The translations under genes were made by a program, and so were the position numbers. From Patescibacteria group bacterium (GTDB lineage: Bacteria; Patescibacteriota; Minisyncoccia; Ryanbacterales; GWA2-47-10b), in contig JBBTQY010000001.1 of assembly GCA_038065475.1 (NCBI GenBank), positions 26,145 through 90,144 of the forward strand: a stretch of DNA of 64,000 nucleotides, in the 5' to 3' direction. Under the pieces are notes generated by a model that was not told the origin of the DNA, made no database searches, and saw nothing but the letters and a program-made list of their open reading frames with translations. This document shows, one piece after another, positions 10,132 to 19,955 of the stretch (positions are counted from its first letter, which is position 1; every line of letters begins with the position of its first letter).

Positions 10132-10749
10132 TCACTTAGGCTTCGATTTATTGATAGCGTGGTCGTTCTTCACAATTATGTCTGCAAGAGGTAACTGTTT
10201 CTCTCGAAATGGCACATCCGGCCGATAGATGCCTATGTAGTAATCAGCCGCATATCTTGGCATTTCTTGTCGTTGGAATTTCTCTGTGAGACTCTCTGCC
10301 GTCCAGTCTATCTCTTCGCTAAAATAAACACTTTGAGGCTTGCTGCCAGGTTTTGTGTGTGCCTCACCAAGCTTGCGACGCTCAACATCTAAACCGGTAT
10401 ATGCATTTATAGAACCCCCTACAGGCACTCCTCTTTTCGCCAACTCTTCTACGAGGGTGCGCCTAAAAAACGATTTACCGACGTTGACGGAGCTACCGTT
10501 AATAACGACGATAATATCCTCTTTTGCCTTCTCATATACGCTACTCAGTGCATCTGCCGCCTCGTGTACGCCCGCCTCAAAGTCATATTCTCGGACTTCC
10601 TCTATCTTACTCACCACTCCACGAAAATCTCTCTCATAGCCAACATTCACCAACTCCTCCATGGGAATATCTTTGATATTCTTGTGTGCTGCGATCAACT
10701 CCTGAAGTCTTTGTGATTGCTCATCGAGAGCTGGCATTTGCTCGGGCAT
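10132..10749 (-). CDS. Hypothetical protein with a P-loop-like segment
   Basis: IIVVINGSSVNVGKS; GATAAT 6 nt upstream of ATG. Confidence 0.6.
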   Translation of the reverse strand: MPEQMPALDEQSQRLQELIAAHKNIKDIPMEELVNVGYERDFRGVVSKIEEVREYDFEAGVHEAADALSSVYEKAKEDIIVVINGSSVNVGKSFFRRTLVEELAKRGVPVGGSINAYTGLDVERRKLGEAHTKPGSKPQSVYFSEEIDWTAESLTEKFQRQEMPRYAADYYIGIYRPDVPFREKQLPLADIIVKNDHAINKSKPK

Positions 10750-10908
10750 GTTTTGATTATCGCCTAAAATCAGCGCAAATCAACATCAAACCTATCTAGG
10801 CTCGAGCTGGTTTAATTAGATTGCCCAAGGCGTCAGCGCGCAGCACGTGACAAACTCTACGCGCTTGATAAACCTTTTGAGAGATACTTGAGGGCTGATT
10901 AACAATAT

Positions 10909-10958
10909 AAAAAACTCCCCCGACAGTACTTTGCGCTTCGCGCATTTCCTGTCGGGGG
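10909..10958 (-). terminator. Intrinsic terminator of the SPFH islet
   Basis: cccccgacag / ctgtcggggg stem with inner gcgc-ttc-gcgc hairpin and U-tract on the minus strand. Confidence 0.7.
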
Positions 10959-10984
10959 TGATACTGTCGCCTGCTTGGCGAAGA

Positions 10985-11917
10985 CTACTGCTTCTCGGGC
11001 TGCTGATCCTGCTGCGGGACCGGCTTGATCTGCCCACGAAGGTACTCTGCTGCTACCAGCGAGTCTCCCAGGGGGCTCGCCTCACCCGTGATGATGAGCG
11101 TATTGGTGCCCGACTTGGAGCCCGTCTCGGCGATGCGTTCGAGCGACTCCCACTTCATGAAGGTCACGTACTCGGGGTTGGCACGGAGCGCGGCACCGAT
11201 GGCGTTGATGGCCGTCACCTTGGCGGCGGCTGACGCACTTTGGTTTTGCGCTCCCCATACCGTCTCGTCGGGCTTCACATTCGATAGCGAGACGTTCTGG
11301 AGGTCGAGCGGAACACCGTTGGCAGCAAAGGTATCCTTGACCATCTTGGCAATCTTGTCGTTGACCGCCTGATAGTCGGAGTACACGGCCTGGTAATCGT
11401 CGTAGCCCGCGAAGATGGCGCGCACCTTGCTGCGCACATCCATGCGAGCGAAACGATTGTAGACGTCTTCGACCGTGATGTAGCGGACGAGGACATCATT
11501 CTTGCCATCGCGCGGCGTGACGAGCGCGAAGACGTTGTTGCGCTGCTTGTTCGCATCGGTATTGCCACCCGGAATCACCGCCCTGATGTAGACGTCGACG
11601 GCGAGTGGCGTACCCTTGCGAGTCAGCACGCGGTGATCCTGCTTGTCTTCGTTGCCCACGGCATCAGGAGCCATGAACTGCTCTTTGACCAGCGTCGAGG
11701 TCGCCTCGAGTAGCACCAGCGTGTTGTAGGTGCCGTTGGCATTCGACTGCCCAAGGTCAACCTGACCCGCTTCGCGGATGTCATCCTCCCAACCAGTGGG
11801 CGTGAGTATGCGACCCACGAATCCTGCTGGGATCTCCTTGACATTGCTGCACGCGCTACCGAACAGCGCCAGCGCGATGACAATGCCAAACACAAGCCTC
11901 TTGATATCTCTCTGCAT
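10985..11917 (-). CDS. SPFH/band-7 domain lipoprotein
   Basis: Lipobox-like GSAC, IPAGFVGR, GVPLDLQNVSLSNVKP, NPEYV, NTLII; GGAGG SD. Confidence 0.7.
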   Translation of the reverse strand: MQRDIKRLVFGIVIALALFGSACSNVKEIPAGFVGRILTPTGWEDDIREAGQVDLGQSNANGTYNTLVLLEATSTLVKEQFMAPDAVGNEDKQDHRVLTRKGTPLAVDVYIRAVIPGGNTDANKQRNNVFALVTPRDGKNDVLVRYITVEDVYNRFARMDVRSKVRAIFAGYDDYQAVYSDYQAVNDKIAKMVKDTFAANGVPLDLQNVSLSNVKPDETVWGAQNQSASAAAKVTAINAIGAALRANPEYVTFMKWESLERIAETGSKSGTNTLIITGEASPLGDSLVAAEYLRGQIKPVPQQDQQPEKQ

Positions 11918-11930
11918 GATGCCCTCCTCT

Positions 11931-12233
11931 TCAGTGAGCGTTGGAGTGGGCGTCGCCGGCCCGATCTTCGAAGCGATCGATCTGCCGATTGACGTCGGTA
12001 CGGTCGATGACCGCGCGTGGCGTCACGTTGACGCTCGCGGCTGCGAAGAGCTGCCAGATGAAGGCGGCCATGAGGATCAGGCCAAGAATGTTGCGCCCTC
12101 TGCGGATGAACACCTTGACGTCATCCTCGACCTCGGGCTGGGTCAAGAAGACCCACGCGACGCCAAACACGAAGGCGAGCGCTCCGAGCGTGCCTAGCAC
12201 ACCTGGATGTGCCCATCTCAAGAAATCTTCCAC
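11931..12233 (-). CDS. Small two-TM protein, partner of the SPFH gene
   Basis: GTG start with AAGGGAG SD; two hydrophobic helices. Confidence 0.7.
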   Translation of the reverse strand: MEDFLRWAHPGVLGTLGALAFVFGVAWVFLTQPEVEDDVKVFIRRGRNILGLILMAAFIWQLFAAASVNVTPRAVIDRTDVNRQIDRFEDRAGDAHSNAH

Positions 12234-12326
12234 GACTTCTCCCTTCTGCCCATGCCTGCCGTTTGGTCAGGACTTATTGAGCATCCTCTGTTTATTGGAG
12301 CAGAAAGTGAACGAACAACCGAAAAA

Positions 12327-12355
12327 ATAATACACTATTTTAAACTATATGTCAA
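12327..12355 (-). promoter_or_regulatory. Sigma70-type promoter of the SPFH islet
   Basis: TTGACA-17 nt-TATTAT on the minus strand. Confidence 0.75.
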
Positions 12356-12454
12356 TCATCGCCGAGCGCGGGTTCTGAAAAATATTTCTAAGGATTGAGT
12401 CCGAAGTCAGCACAGCTGGTCCAGAATGGCTGTGGCTCTGCGTCAGCGCATATA

Positions 12455-12637
12455 CTACGACGACCGCAGCATGTCAAAACTGGGCAGTTCAATACCATAC
12501 CAACGAGCAACAAAAAATAGCAAACATACAGCGGCAATAAAGCAAACCAATACGATCAAAAATAGACCGCGCGGCTTGCCGCGTGCTGGTGGTTTTTCTT
12601 CTTCTAAATCATCAAGATTCCAAATTTCTTCTGGCAT
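12455..12637 (-). CDS. 60-aa single-pass membrane protein, last gene of the glycan locus
   Basis: Acidic N-terminus, one TM helix, 15 nt after the GH6 stop. Confidence 0.65.
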   Translation of the reverse strand: MPEEIWNLDDLEEEKPPARGKPRGLFLIVLVCFIAAVCLLFFVARWYGIELPSFDMLRSS

Positions 12638-12652
12638 ATAATAAATATATAA

Positions 12653-13885
12653 CTATTCAAAACGAAATGGCGAGTTTTTAATCATTTCGAGAGCTCTTTC
12701 CGTCCAAAATTTGCCCGTGGGTACCCCGCCGTTACATGGTCCATCGGATTCTCCTGGTAGTTTAACCCATAAAAGCGCATCTACAAGCACATTACCTGTC
12801 GTAGTAGTCGGCACCTTGCCTATAGTTACTCCAGGGGCATTACACCACTCTGTTTTATGCGGACCAGAACCATTGCGGCTCGTATCGATCACAAAGTGTT
12901 TATTACCAATAAGCGTGGAGACCTCTTGCCCAAAGGCAATCTCATCTGAAACGTACTGATAGTTAGAGACATTAAGAGCAAAGCCATCAGCCGAATCAAT
13001 GCCCGCTGTTTTAAGAAAATTAGCGATACTGCTCGCCTTGCGCCAATTGCTATGACCGGCATCAAGATATATTCGCGCTTTTGGCGCCTTGGCTCTCAGA
13101 GTCAAAATGGCTTTTTTGAGGTCCGCCAGACGGACAGCTTGGTCAGAATCACTCAAATTCGCAACAAGACCTATACTATCGGGCTCAAGGATGATCCAAG
13201 CATCATGATCTCCTATAGACTCAGCGACAGCGGTAACCCACTGAGCATAACTATCTCCCGCCGTTATGCCGCTCCAGTAACGTAGCGTTGTATGGTCAGG
13301 AATATTGTAAAGTACCAAAATAGGCATTTTACCTGCAGCTGTAGCCTTAGAAACAGTAGAAATTACGCGAGAACGAATAGTATCGAGGTTGTCGCCAATG
13401 ATCCATGTACCCTGAGGTCTACAAGAAATTTGCTGCAATAAATCAGCATCTGCTATATTGCCAGCGTTTCGTAATTCTTTCTCAACGCGAACTGCTTGCA
13501 TGGTGGGATCAACATAAAAATTTGTTGAATTTTTCGCGTATTCGCAGCTAAAAACCTTTTGTGGATTTGGTGGCGGGGGTGGGTTAACAACGACTACTGG
13601 AGGAGGAGTAGGGTTTACCGGTGGTGGAGGTGGGGAGATTGGTTTTGGCGGAGGCACAGGCAATACTGGTGGAGGAGGATTAACCACTTGAATGGGCGGC
13701 GGTACATTAGGTTGAGGAATTGTTGGTGGATTGGGAGAAATAACGACTGGAGGAATTTCTTCTTCTCTCTCCCAAGTTTGAGTCGTTTGTGTATACGTAG
13801 ATGCAAAAAGTACGAAAATAAAACCCGCAGCGATAAACACCACAGCAAGATACTGAATAAGCCCGCTTGTATTATCTCTTCCCAT
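12653..13885 (-). CDS. GH6 endoglucanase with TM anchor and Pro/Val-rich linker
   Basis: FYVDP, LVLYNIP, IILEPDS, IYLDAGHSNW, GFALNVSNY, FVIDTSRNG, WCN, WVKLPGESDG. Confidence 0.92.
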   Translation of the reverse strand: MGRDNTSGLIQYLAVVFIAAGFIFVLFASTYTQTTQTWEREEEIPPVVISPNPPTIPQPNVPPPIQVVNPPPPVLPVPPPKPISPPPPPVNPTPPPVVVVNPPPPPNPQKVFSCEYAKNSTNFYVDPTMQAVRVEKELRNAGNIADADLLQQISCRPQGTWIIGDNLDTIRSRVISTVSKATAAGKMPILVLYNIPDHTTLRYWSGITAGDSYAQWVTAVAESIGDHDAWIILEPDSIGLVANLSDSDQAVRLADLKKAILTLRAKAPKARIYLDAGHSNWRKASSIANFLKTAGIDSADGFALNVSNYQYVSDEIAFGQEVSTLIGNKHFVIDTSRNGSGPHKTEWCNAPGVTIGKVPTTTTGNVLVDALLWVKLPGESDGPCNGGVPTGKFWTERALEMIKNSPFRFE

Positions 13886-13890
13886 TATTC

Positions 13891-14619
13891 TTAGAATTTC
13901 CAGGCCTCCGAACGTTTTAAGGGAAAGGTGCGCCGATCACTATTGATAACGGTTTCAGCACGCTGAATGTCTTCCGGTGTTGATAGTGGATGCCAAAAAC
14001 TCGACGGCACCGCCATAATCTTTTTAGTTGCAAGCATTTGCCCAACAGCATGGGAAAGAAAATACTCACCAGTAGCGCTATGTACCTCGGGTGCGTAGTC
14101 AAAAACAGAATAATCGAGCAGCAAAACTCCCGTACTCACCATATTTGTTTTTGGATACAACGGTTTTTCTTCAATATCTCTAATATGGCCTGCGCGATCA
14201 ACTTCAACTACACCGTATGGGCGAGGATCATCGACCTCAGCAACTAAAAGAGCTCTATCATATTTTAAACACTCTTTAAATCCATCTGCTCCATGCAAAT
14301 CGTCGGCGAAGACAACAAAAAAGCGCTCGCCAGGCGACAAAAGATGCTTGGTCTTTTCTAGGGCTTTATATGTACCCTTGATCTCATCATCGCCCACATA
14401 GGTGACACGACGCCCCAAAAAATAATCTCCACAATATTCACGAATCATATCGCCGAGATATCCGACAACGATAACCAACTCATCCACCTGGCGTGGGAGC
14501 TGAGAAACCACATGCTCAATAAGGGCCCTTTTATTTACTTCGACAAGCGGCTTGGGCCTTTCAAGAGTTAAGGGGCGCATACGCGTCCCCTTGCCTGCCG
14601 CCAGAATAATTGCTTTCAT
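13891..14619 (-). CDS. Sugar-phosphate nucleotidyltransferase (GlmU-N/RmlA-like)
   Basis: AIILAAGKGTRMRPLT..PKPLV, YGVVEVD, IEEKP. Confidence 0.9.
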   Translation of the reverse strand: MKAIILAAGKGTRMRPLTLERPKPLVEVNKRALIEHVVSQLPRQVDELVIVVGYLGDMIREYCGDYFLGRRVTYVGDDEIKGTYKALEKTKHLLSPGERFFVVFADDLHGADGFKECLKYDRALLVAEVDDPRPYGVVEVDRAGHIRDIEEKPLYPKTNMVSTGVLLLDYSVFDYAPEVHSATGEYFLSHAVGQMLATKKIMAVPSSFWHPLSTPEDIQRAETVINSDRRTFPLKRSEAWKF

Positions 14620-14629
14620 GTTCGATCAA

Positions 14630-15505
14630 TCAAAACGGAATAGCCTTATAATCATCAAACGACACATCCATAAAATCCGTACGGATGCCCGCATACCCCT
14701 CTTTGACGATTGGGCTTACTCCGTACTTTGATCCTGTATCTTTTGCTTCCAATACTAGCGTCCAAGTGCCAGTTTTGCCTTTATCCATAAAAAGCTTTAT
14801 CGCGACACTGCCATCAGCATTATTTTGCGATTCACTGCGAAGGCCTATCCAAACATTTTTTGGCAATAAATTTGGATTTGTATCTCGATTATAGATGCCT
14901 GGAAATATTTTTTTATAGGCAATCGTGTGGTAAGTGCCATTTTGCTTCTTTTTGATAACCGCCGCTCCATCAACACGAGTACCTACGTAATACAGGTTAT
15001 TACCATCTTGATAGCGATTAAAAAGAAGAAGACCATTAGACGCGTCACGATTTGGGCTTTTACTCAGATTGTCTTTGTTGATCTTAAAATATGCTTCCTG
15101 CTTAAAATTGCCCCATTTGGAACGCGTTAACAAACGAAAAATGTTTTGCGGATGATACCCATTATCTGTATCGACAGGATTGGAGCTACTATAAATAAGA
15201 CGCCACTTATCAATAATGGATAAATTACCATCTATAGTTTTTCCAACTCCATCAACAATATGTAAGTAAGCACCGGAATTTAACCACCAATACGGACTAG
15301 AACTATAATCCATCTGCCCACTCTCCACTAATTTGCCGGGAACATTAAAAGTATAAACAAAATTAGAAGTAATAATCGCTGACGGTGTCTTTAACTCTGC
15401 AGCTGACAGTAAAGCTAAGCCCAATGTATTATCAAAATAATACTGACTAATGCCCGCAAGAATAAAAGATATTAACAATAACAAAATAAAAATTGGTCTT
15501 TTCAT
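14630..15505 (-). CDS. Secreted concanavalin-A-like (lectin/glucanase fold) protein
   Basis: Signal/TM segment, beta-rich, C-terminal GYAGIRTDFMDVSFDDY. Confidence 0.6.
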   Translation of the reverse strand: MKRPIFILLLLISFILAGISQYYFDNTLGLALLSAAELKTPSAIITSNFVYTFNVPGKLVESGQMDYSSSPYWWLNSGAYLHIVDGVGKTIDGNLSIIDKWRLIYSSSNPVDTDNGYHPQNIFRLLTRSKWGNFKQEAYFKINKDNLSKSPNRDASNGLLLFNRYQDGNNLYYVGTRVDGAAVIKKKQNGTYHTIAYKKIFPGIYNRDTNPNLLPKNVWIGLRSESQNNADGSVAIKLFMDKGKTGTWTLVLEAKDTGSKYGVSPIVKEGYAGIRTDFMDVSFDDYKAIPF

Positions 15506-17118
15506 AGTAATTTCTCAACAATTAATTGATTAACGATCACCTCGCTGTTGTTTTCAACAGGATCCCATACTTTAAACCCTATACCACCGCGATCTAAAGA
15601 GGAATCCAAGGAATCTACAGACAAAAGCTCTTCGCCATCAATAAAGCACTTTATGGTGTTCTTGTGAACGGACAACTCGAAGGTGGCATTATCCCAAGAA
15701 AAATTCTGATCTATGGAAGTTTCGGCGATCTTCTTTCTTTCTCCGTTTATAGATTCATCTATACGAATAAAACGTCCAGAGACATTACAAGAAGTAAAAT
15801 TTTTACTATCTTTATATCGCGCGACCAGAGATAGCGATTCTCCTCTCGTCCAATCAATTAATGCCTTCAAATGATAATTTTCCCAATTACGCGTACCGTC
15901 TAAAACAACAGCAGCACCCGTTGTTTTTTCTCCTGCGCGCAAAACTAGCGAAGAATTCTTTAATCCTATGTTTCCCCATTCCTTTATCCATTCCTCATTA
16001 AGAGAAAAATCATAAATATGTAAAGGTATTTCTTTAGACCGCCCCGCATTCAATACCCTTAATAAGTCTGCATCTGTCCATGCTCCTCCAACATCTATAC
16101 GCTTAACTAAAAAAGTATTGTCGTCAAAATAATTTTGAGTAAAACCAGCACTAGGATATGTTTGGAAAAATGCTAAATCATAATTATCTTTAACTGAATT
16201 GAGCAAAACCCTTTGGGCCTCGGGATAATTTGTTATATTTTGGGCAAAGTCACCATAAGGAAAAGCGAAAGAAACAGAAGCTATATCCAAAACTCTCTCA
16301 ATTTTTTCCTTAACTAAGCTTATATCATGCCCGATACGTTGCTCATATTCATCATCTGTCTCTAATCTTCCAAGCTCTTTCAACCAAAGTTTATTAGTAT
16401 AATAGTGTCCCTGTTCGCCGTTTATAGAGATTGATTGAAAAACATGGCCACTATCGGCATGTGCTTGAATCTCCCAACGTCCACTGCGCTTCATCGCCCG
16501 TAGTTCATTAGCATTTAGATAATAAGAACTTTTTCTATCACTATCAGTCAACGAATGGCCACTGATAATAAAAGTGACAGCATTATAATCCAATGCTCTC
16601 AAAATGGGATCGACTGGGTAGTAACTTGACTTCGCTCCATCATCAAACGTTAATAAAAATGATTTATTCGGTAGGGTCTTTTCACCCTTAACGAAGGAGT
16701 TAAAATCCTCGACACTTATAGTTTTCCAGCCAGCTTGTTTGAGCGCAAACATCTGAGCCTCAAAATTCGTTTTCGTAATATTTTCTCCATCAGGGATGTC
16801 TACAAGGCCGTGGTAAAGAAGCACGGGTACAGACTCCGCGGTACCCGTAACAACGACGTTTTCTACTGTTGATCTATTTGAGAATATTCTCGCTAGACTG
16901 CCGAGCATATCATTCTCCGCATAAGCCAATTTTGCAGCATAAAAGCCATAAGCTGCAGTTTCTTTGCTATCCAAAATCATTCCGTCGGTAAATTGGGATA
17001 AACTCTCCCTAATGAACAAGAAGGCATAACTGCCACAAAAAAGTAATATAGCAATTACGGTAACTCGCAAAACCTTTAATCTTGAAAAATCTAAATATTT
17101 CATTATCGAGTTCCCCAT
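15502..17118 (-). CDS. CE4 polysaccharide deacetylase (PgaB/IcaB-like) with C-terminal lectin-like domain; start may be 17103
   Basis: VPVLLYH, LLTFDDG, WEIQAHADSGH, FAFPYG, KRIDV. Confidence 0.9.
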   Translation of the reverse strand: MGNSIMKYLDFSRLKVLRVTVIAILLFCGSYAFLFIRESLSQFTDGMILDSKETAAYGFYAAKLAYAENDMLGSLARIFSNRSTVENVVVTGTAESVPVLLYHGLVDIPDGENITKTNFEAQMFALKQAGWKTISVEDFNSFVKGEKTLPNKSFLLTFDDGAKSSYYPVDPILRALDYNAVTFIISGHSLTDSDRKSSYYLNANELRAMKRSGRWEIQAHADSGHVFQSISINGEQGHYYTNKLWLKELGRLETDDEYEQRIGHDISLVKEKIERVLDIASVSFAFPYGDFAQNITNYPEAQRVLLNSVKDNYDLAFFQTYPSAGFTQNYFDDNTFLVKRIDVGGAWTDADLLRVLNAGRSKEIPLHIYDFSLNEEWIKEWGNIGLKNSSLVLRAGEKTTGAAVVLDGTRNWENYHLKALIDWTRGESLSLVARYKDSKNFTSCNVSGRFIRIDESINGERKKIAETSIDQNFSWDNATFELSVHKNTIKCFIDGEELLSVDSLDSSLDRGGIGFKVWDPVENNSEVIVNQLIVEKLL

Positions 17119-18389
17119 CTAGAATCGCGAATAGTTATCATCGCCCAAGGCAGTTGCCACATAAGCATCACTGTATAAAACCAAAAAGTCATCACGGACA
17201 AAAACCAAGCACGCGGACCCACTTGAGTACGATAATAAATCCCGTGCAATAATAACATTAAGAATAAACCAGCCAAATAGGCGAGAGGAATGCTTCCTGT
17301 CAAATACGGATGCCAAATAACAGCCCTTATAAAAACAATGGGCGCACTAAGGGCAAGAATGACATAGGAATAATACGATAGAGCAGCAAAAAAATTTTTA
17401 CGCCACATAAACGCGCTGGCAATTAGCGTCTCTCTAATCCAAGATTTTTTCCATCTCTGCTGCTGTTTAATATATTTACCAAGCGTATCTGGCACAACTG
17501 TGTGCGCCTTTGCTTCTGGAGAATAAACAGCTTCATATTTTCGAATAATAAAATTTGTTAAACTTCTGTCATCACCGAATGTACACTCACTTCCTAAGAA
17601 CCTCTGATTTAGCCAAACGTCAATAAACTCGAGTAAATACTCTCTACGATATGCAGAACAACAGCCGGGACAGCAAGTTACATTACCAAAAACGGATTCA
17701 GCTGCCTTATAAACACTAAAAGCGATAAAATATCTTGTGGCCTGCATCTGTGTTAAAAGATTTGTATCTCTATTAAAAACATCTGTATGCCCAGAGACAG
17801 CTCCAACTCTCGGATTAGAAAAATATTTTACAAGATGCTTGACACAATCAGGGGCAATAAAACTATCCGAATCAATAAATATAACTATTTCATGGTTTGC
17901 CCTTCTTACCCCTTCTGCCATACCTGCTCTTTTACCGCGATTAACTTTCCAATTAACAACGGTAACTGGTATTTCTTGACCTATCTCCTTTTTAATTTTC
18001 AACATCTCAGCATAGGTACTATCTGTTGAGCCATCATTAATAGCAATAATTTCTATTTTTTCTTTAGGATAATCCGCATGCAAAAAGCGCCTAATCGTCT
18101 CAGCAACATTATCTTCTTCGTTTTTTGCTGGAACAACAAAAGTGATTGAAGGCTGATAGCCCTCATCATGCTTAATAGATCTATGGAAATATGCAAGAAA
18201 AAATCTTGAAATAATATAAATAAAAATTAAAATACTATAGAATTTAAAAAAGGTTACCCCCCCGACAAAGCTAGTCGTGCTAATTTTAAATAAAAGTATC
18301 AAATAGAGCACAACAAAAAAAAGAAACCAAAAACCAAAATCACTAAATACTGCGAGCCTTTTTTTAATTTTATTAAAAATTTTTGCCAT
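17103..18389 (-). CDS. Processive GT2, hyaluronan synthase/NodC-like
   Basis: VPAKNEE, INDGSTD, NRGKR, FIDSDS, VTCCPGCCSAYRR, FLGSECTFGDDRSLTN, QQQRWKKSW, DSRWGTR. Confidence 0.9.
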   Translation of the reverse strand: MAKIFNKIKKRLAVFSDFGFWFLFFVVLYLILLFKISTTSFVGGVTFFKFYSILIFIYIISRFFLAYFHRSIKHDEGYQPSITFVVPAKNEEDNVAETIRRFLHADYPKEKIEIIAINDGSTDSTYAEMLKIKKEIGQEIPVTVVNWKVNRGKRAGMAEGVRRANHEIVIFIDSDSFIAPDCVKHLVKYFSNPRVGAVSGHTDVFNRDTNLLTQMQATRYFIAFSVYKAAESVFGNVTCCPGCCSAYRREYLLEFIDVWLNQRFLGSECTFGDDRSLTNFIIRKYEAVYSPEAKAHTVVPDTLGKYIKQQQRWKKSWIRETLIASAFMWRKNFFAALSYYSYVILALSAPIVFIRAVIWHPYLTGSIPLAYLAGLFLMLLLHGIYYRTQVGPRAWFLSVMTFWFYTVMLMWQLPWAMITIRDSRWGTR

Positions 18390-18391
18390 AC

Positions 18392-19690
18392 CTATCGCCC
18401 TATACCATTGTAGATAATATTGGAGTCCAAAAATATATCTTTTTCTAGACAGTTACGCCCGTCTACAATTGTTCTGACTCCATATTTTTTTAGATCATCA
18501 GGAGTAAGTTTCTTGAAAATGCTATGTGCGGTGGCGACGATAACACCGATTGATCCCTGTAAGGCTTCCTCTAAAGTTTTTACATCTGAACGATCAAGTA
18601 CAAATGGATCATAGGCAACCACCTCTGCTCCAAACTCTTTCAAAATTTTAATAATCTCAAACGATGGGCTCTCGCGACAATCATCAATATCTGCCTTATA
18701 TGAAAGTCCCAATACAGCTATGCGTGACCCATTGATAGCAATCTTCTTTTCATTGAGTCCTGCGATCAATTGCTCAACGGCGAAATGGGGCATGCCGTTG
18801 TTTATACGGCGAGCGAGCGCCAAAAAATCATGATCGAAACCATTCTTTTTTGCATACTCAATAAGATAATACGGATCAACAGGTATACAGTGTCCGCCTA
18901 CACCGCAGCCTGGATAGTGAGGCATAAAAGCAAAGGGCTTGGTGGCTGCGCCATCAATTACATTTACTACATCAATGCCGAGGCGTGAGAATGACCGCGC
19001 GAGTTCGTTTACAAATGCAATATTGATATCTCGAAAAGAATTCTCAACAACTTTAACTGCCTCTGCCTCTTTGAGGTTTCCCATCGGCTTTACCGTGCCA
19101 GTCAAAATTGATTCATAAAATGCCACGGCCTTTTTGAGTCCTGCCTCATCAAAGCTGCCAACAACGCGCGGTATATTTTCCACGTTCCATTTTTTATCAC
19201 CCGGATTGATACGCTCAGGACAGTGTGCCAAAGAAAAATCTTTACCACACTCCATGCCGGAGATTGATTCGAGTATCGGTAATACCACGCTCTCTGAAAC
19301 TCCCGGGTTCACTGTTGACTCTAAGATAACTAAGGTATCTTTTTGAAGATACGGAGCAATCGAGCGCACGGCATTTTCCACCGGCTCAAGATTTGGCATA
19401 TGATTTTCATACACCGGTGTTGGTACGCAAATAATCACAATGCCGCAATCTTTAACTACAGAGAAATCATGGGTGGGTGTAAATGAAACTTCCTGCAAAG
19501 CCTGCTCAATCGCCTCATCCTGTATTGGGGATTTCTTTTGTTTTAAGAGCTCTATCTTCTGCTGGCTGACATCTATGCCAAAAACCTCATAGCCCTTGCG
19601 GGCCGCAAGCAAAACAAGCGGAAGACCCACATACCCAAGGCCTACAACCGCTATTTTTTCCTTATCTGGTAATGTTTTTTTGGCCTCCAT
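18392..19690 (-). CDS. Nucleotide-sugar dehydrogenase, UDP-HexNAc (WbpA/WecC) type
   Basis: GLGYVGLP, ICVPTP, LESTV, CPERINPG, KVVENSFRDINIA, PGCGVGGHCIPVDP, DCRESP. Confidence 0.92.
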   Translation of the reverse strand: MEAKKTLPDKEKIAVVGLGYVGLPLVLLAARKGYEVFGIDVSQQKIELLKQKKSPIQDEAIEQALQEVSFTPTHDFSVVKDCGIVIICVPTPVYENHMPNLEPVENAVRSIAPYLQKDTLVILESTVNPGVSESVVLPILESISGMECGKDFSLAHCPERINPGDKKWNVENIPRVVGSFDEAGLKKAVAFYESILTGTVKPMGNLKEAEAVKVVENSFRDINIAFVNELARSFSRLGIDVVNVIDGAATKPFAFMPHYPGCGVGGHCIPVDPYYLIEYAKKNGFDHDFLALARRINNGMPHFAVEQLIAGLNEKKIAINGSRIAVLGLSYKADIDDCRESPSFEIIKILKEFGAEVVAYDPFVLDRSDVKTLEEALQGSIGVIVATAHSIFKKLTPDDLKKYGVRTIVDGRNCLEKDIFLDSNIIYNGIGR

Positions 19691-19699
19691 AGTTGGCCT

Positions 19700-19728
19700 A
19701 GTTTACAATAAAATAATAAAAGAGTCAA
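19700..19728 (-). promoter_or_regulatory. Internal promoter for the dehydrogenase-to-GH6 operon
   Basis: TTGACT-17 nt-TAAACT, 9 nt before the ATG at 19690. Confidence 0.65.
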
Positions 19729-19858
19729 TAGCTCCCTAGAGTATAGAGAACCATTTCCATTAACAATAACGTTCTAACTGGGGTTGTGTGATGATAACAC
19801 CGCCATCCACCTACTAACTAAGCCTCGTTCGCTTAAGATTTATTACAACCCTATAAAC

Positions 19859-19948
19859 TTATACAACAAAAAGAATTCTTAAAAAGAATACGGTCAGGCC
19901 CAGAAAAAACATTGCGGTCAAAACTGATACTTGCGCCTGTTGAGACAT
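19859..19948 (-). CDS. 29-aa hydrophobic micropeptide (not in the ORF track)
   Basis: Hand translation MSQQAQVSVLTAMFFLGLTVFFLRILFVV; starts 7 nt after the giant gene's stop. Confidence 0.4.
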   Translation of the reverse strand: MSQQAQVSVLTAMFFLGLTVFFLRILFVV

Positions 19949-19955
19949 ATAATAT

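Noticed and set aside
9310-10194. 294-aa plus-strand ORF
   Set aside because: Antisense shadow of the CcdA-like fusion, with no recognisable motifs
10830-12449. 10-bp direct repeat gcgtcagcgc (10830-10839, 12440-12449) flanking the SPFH islet as a target-site duplication
   Set aside because: Short enough to be chance; no recombinase nearby and no equivalent repeat seen at other islets
12380-12450. Possible tRNA or ncRNA in the intergenic gap
   Set aside because: No cloverleaf, TTC loop or known family features recognised
13555-13760. ggt/gga-rich tandem repeat
   Set aside because: Encodes the proline linker of the GH6
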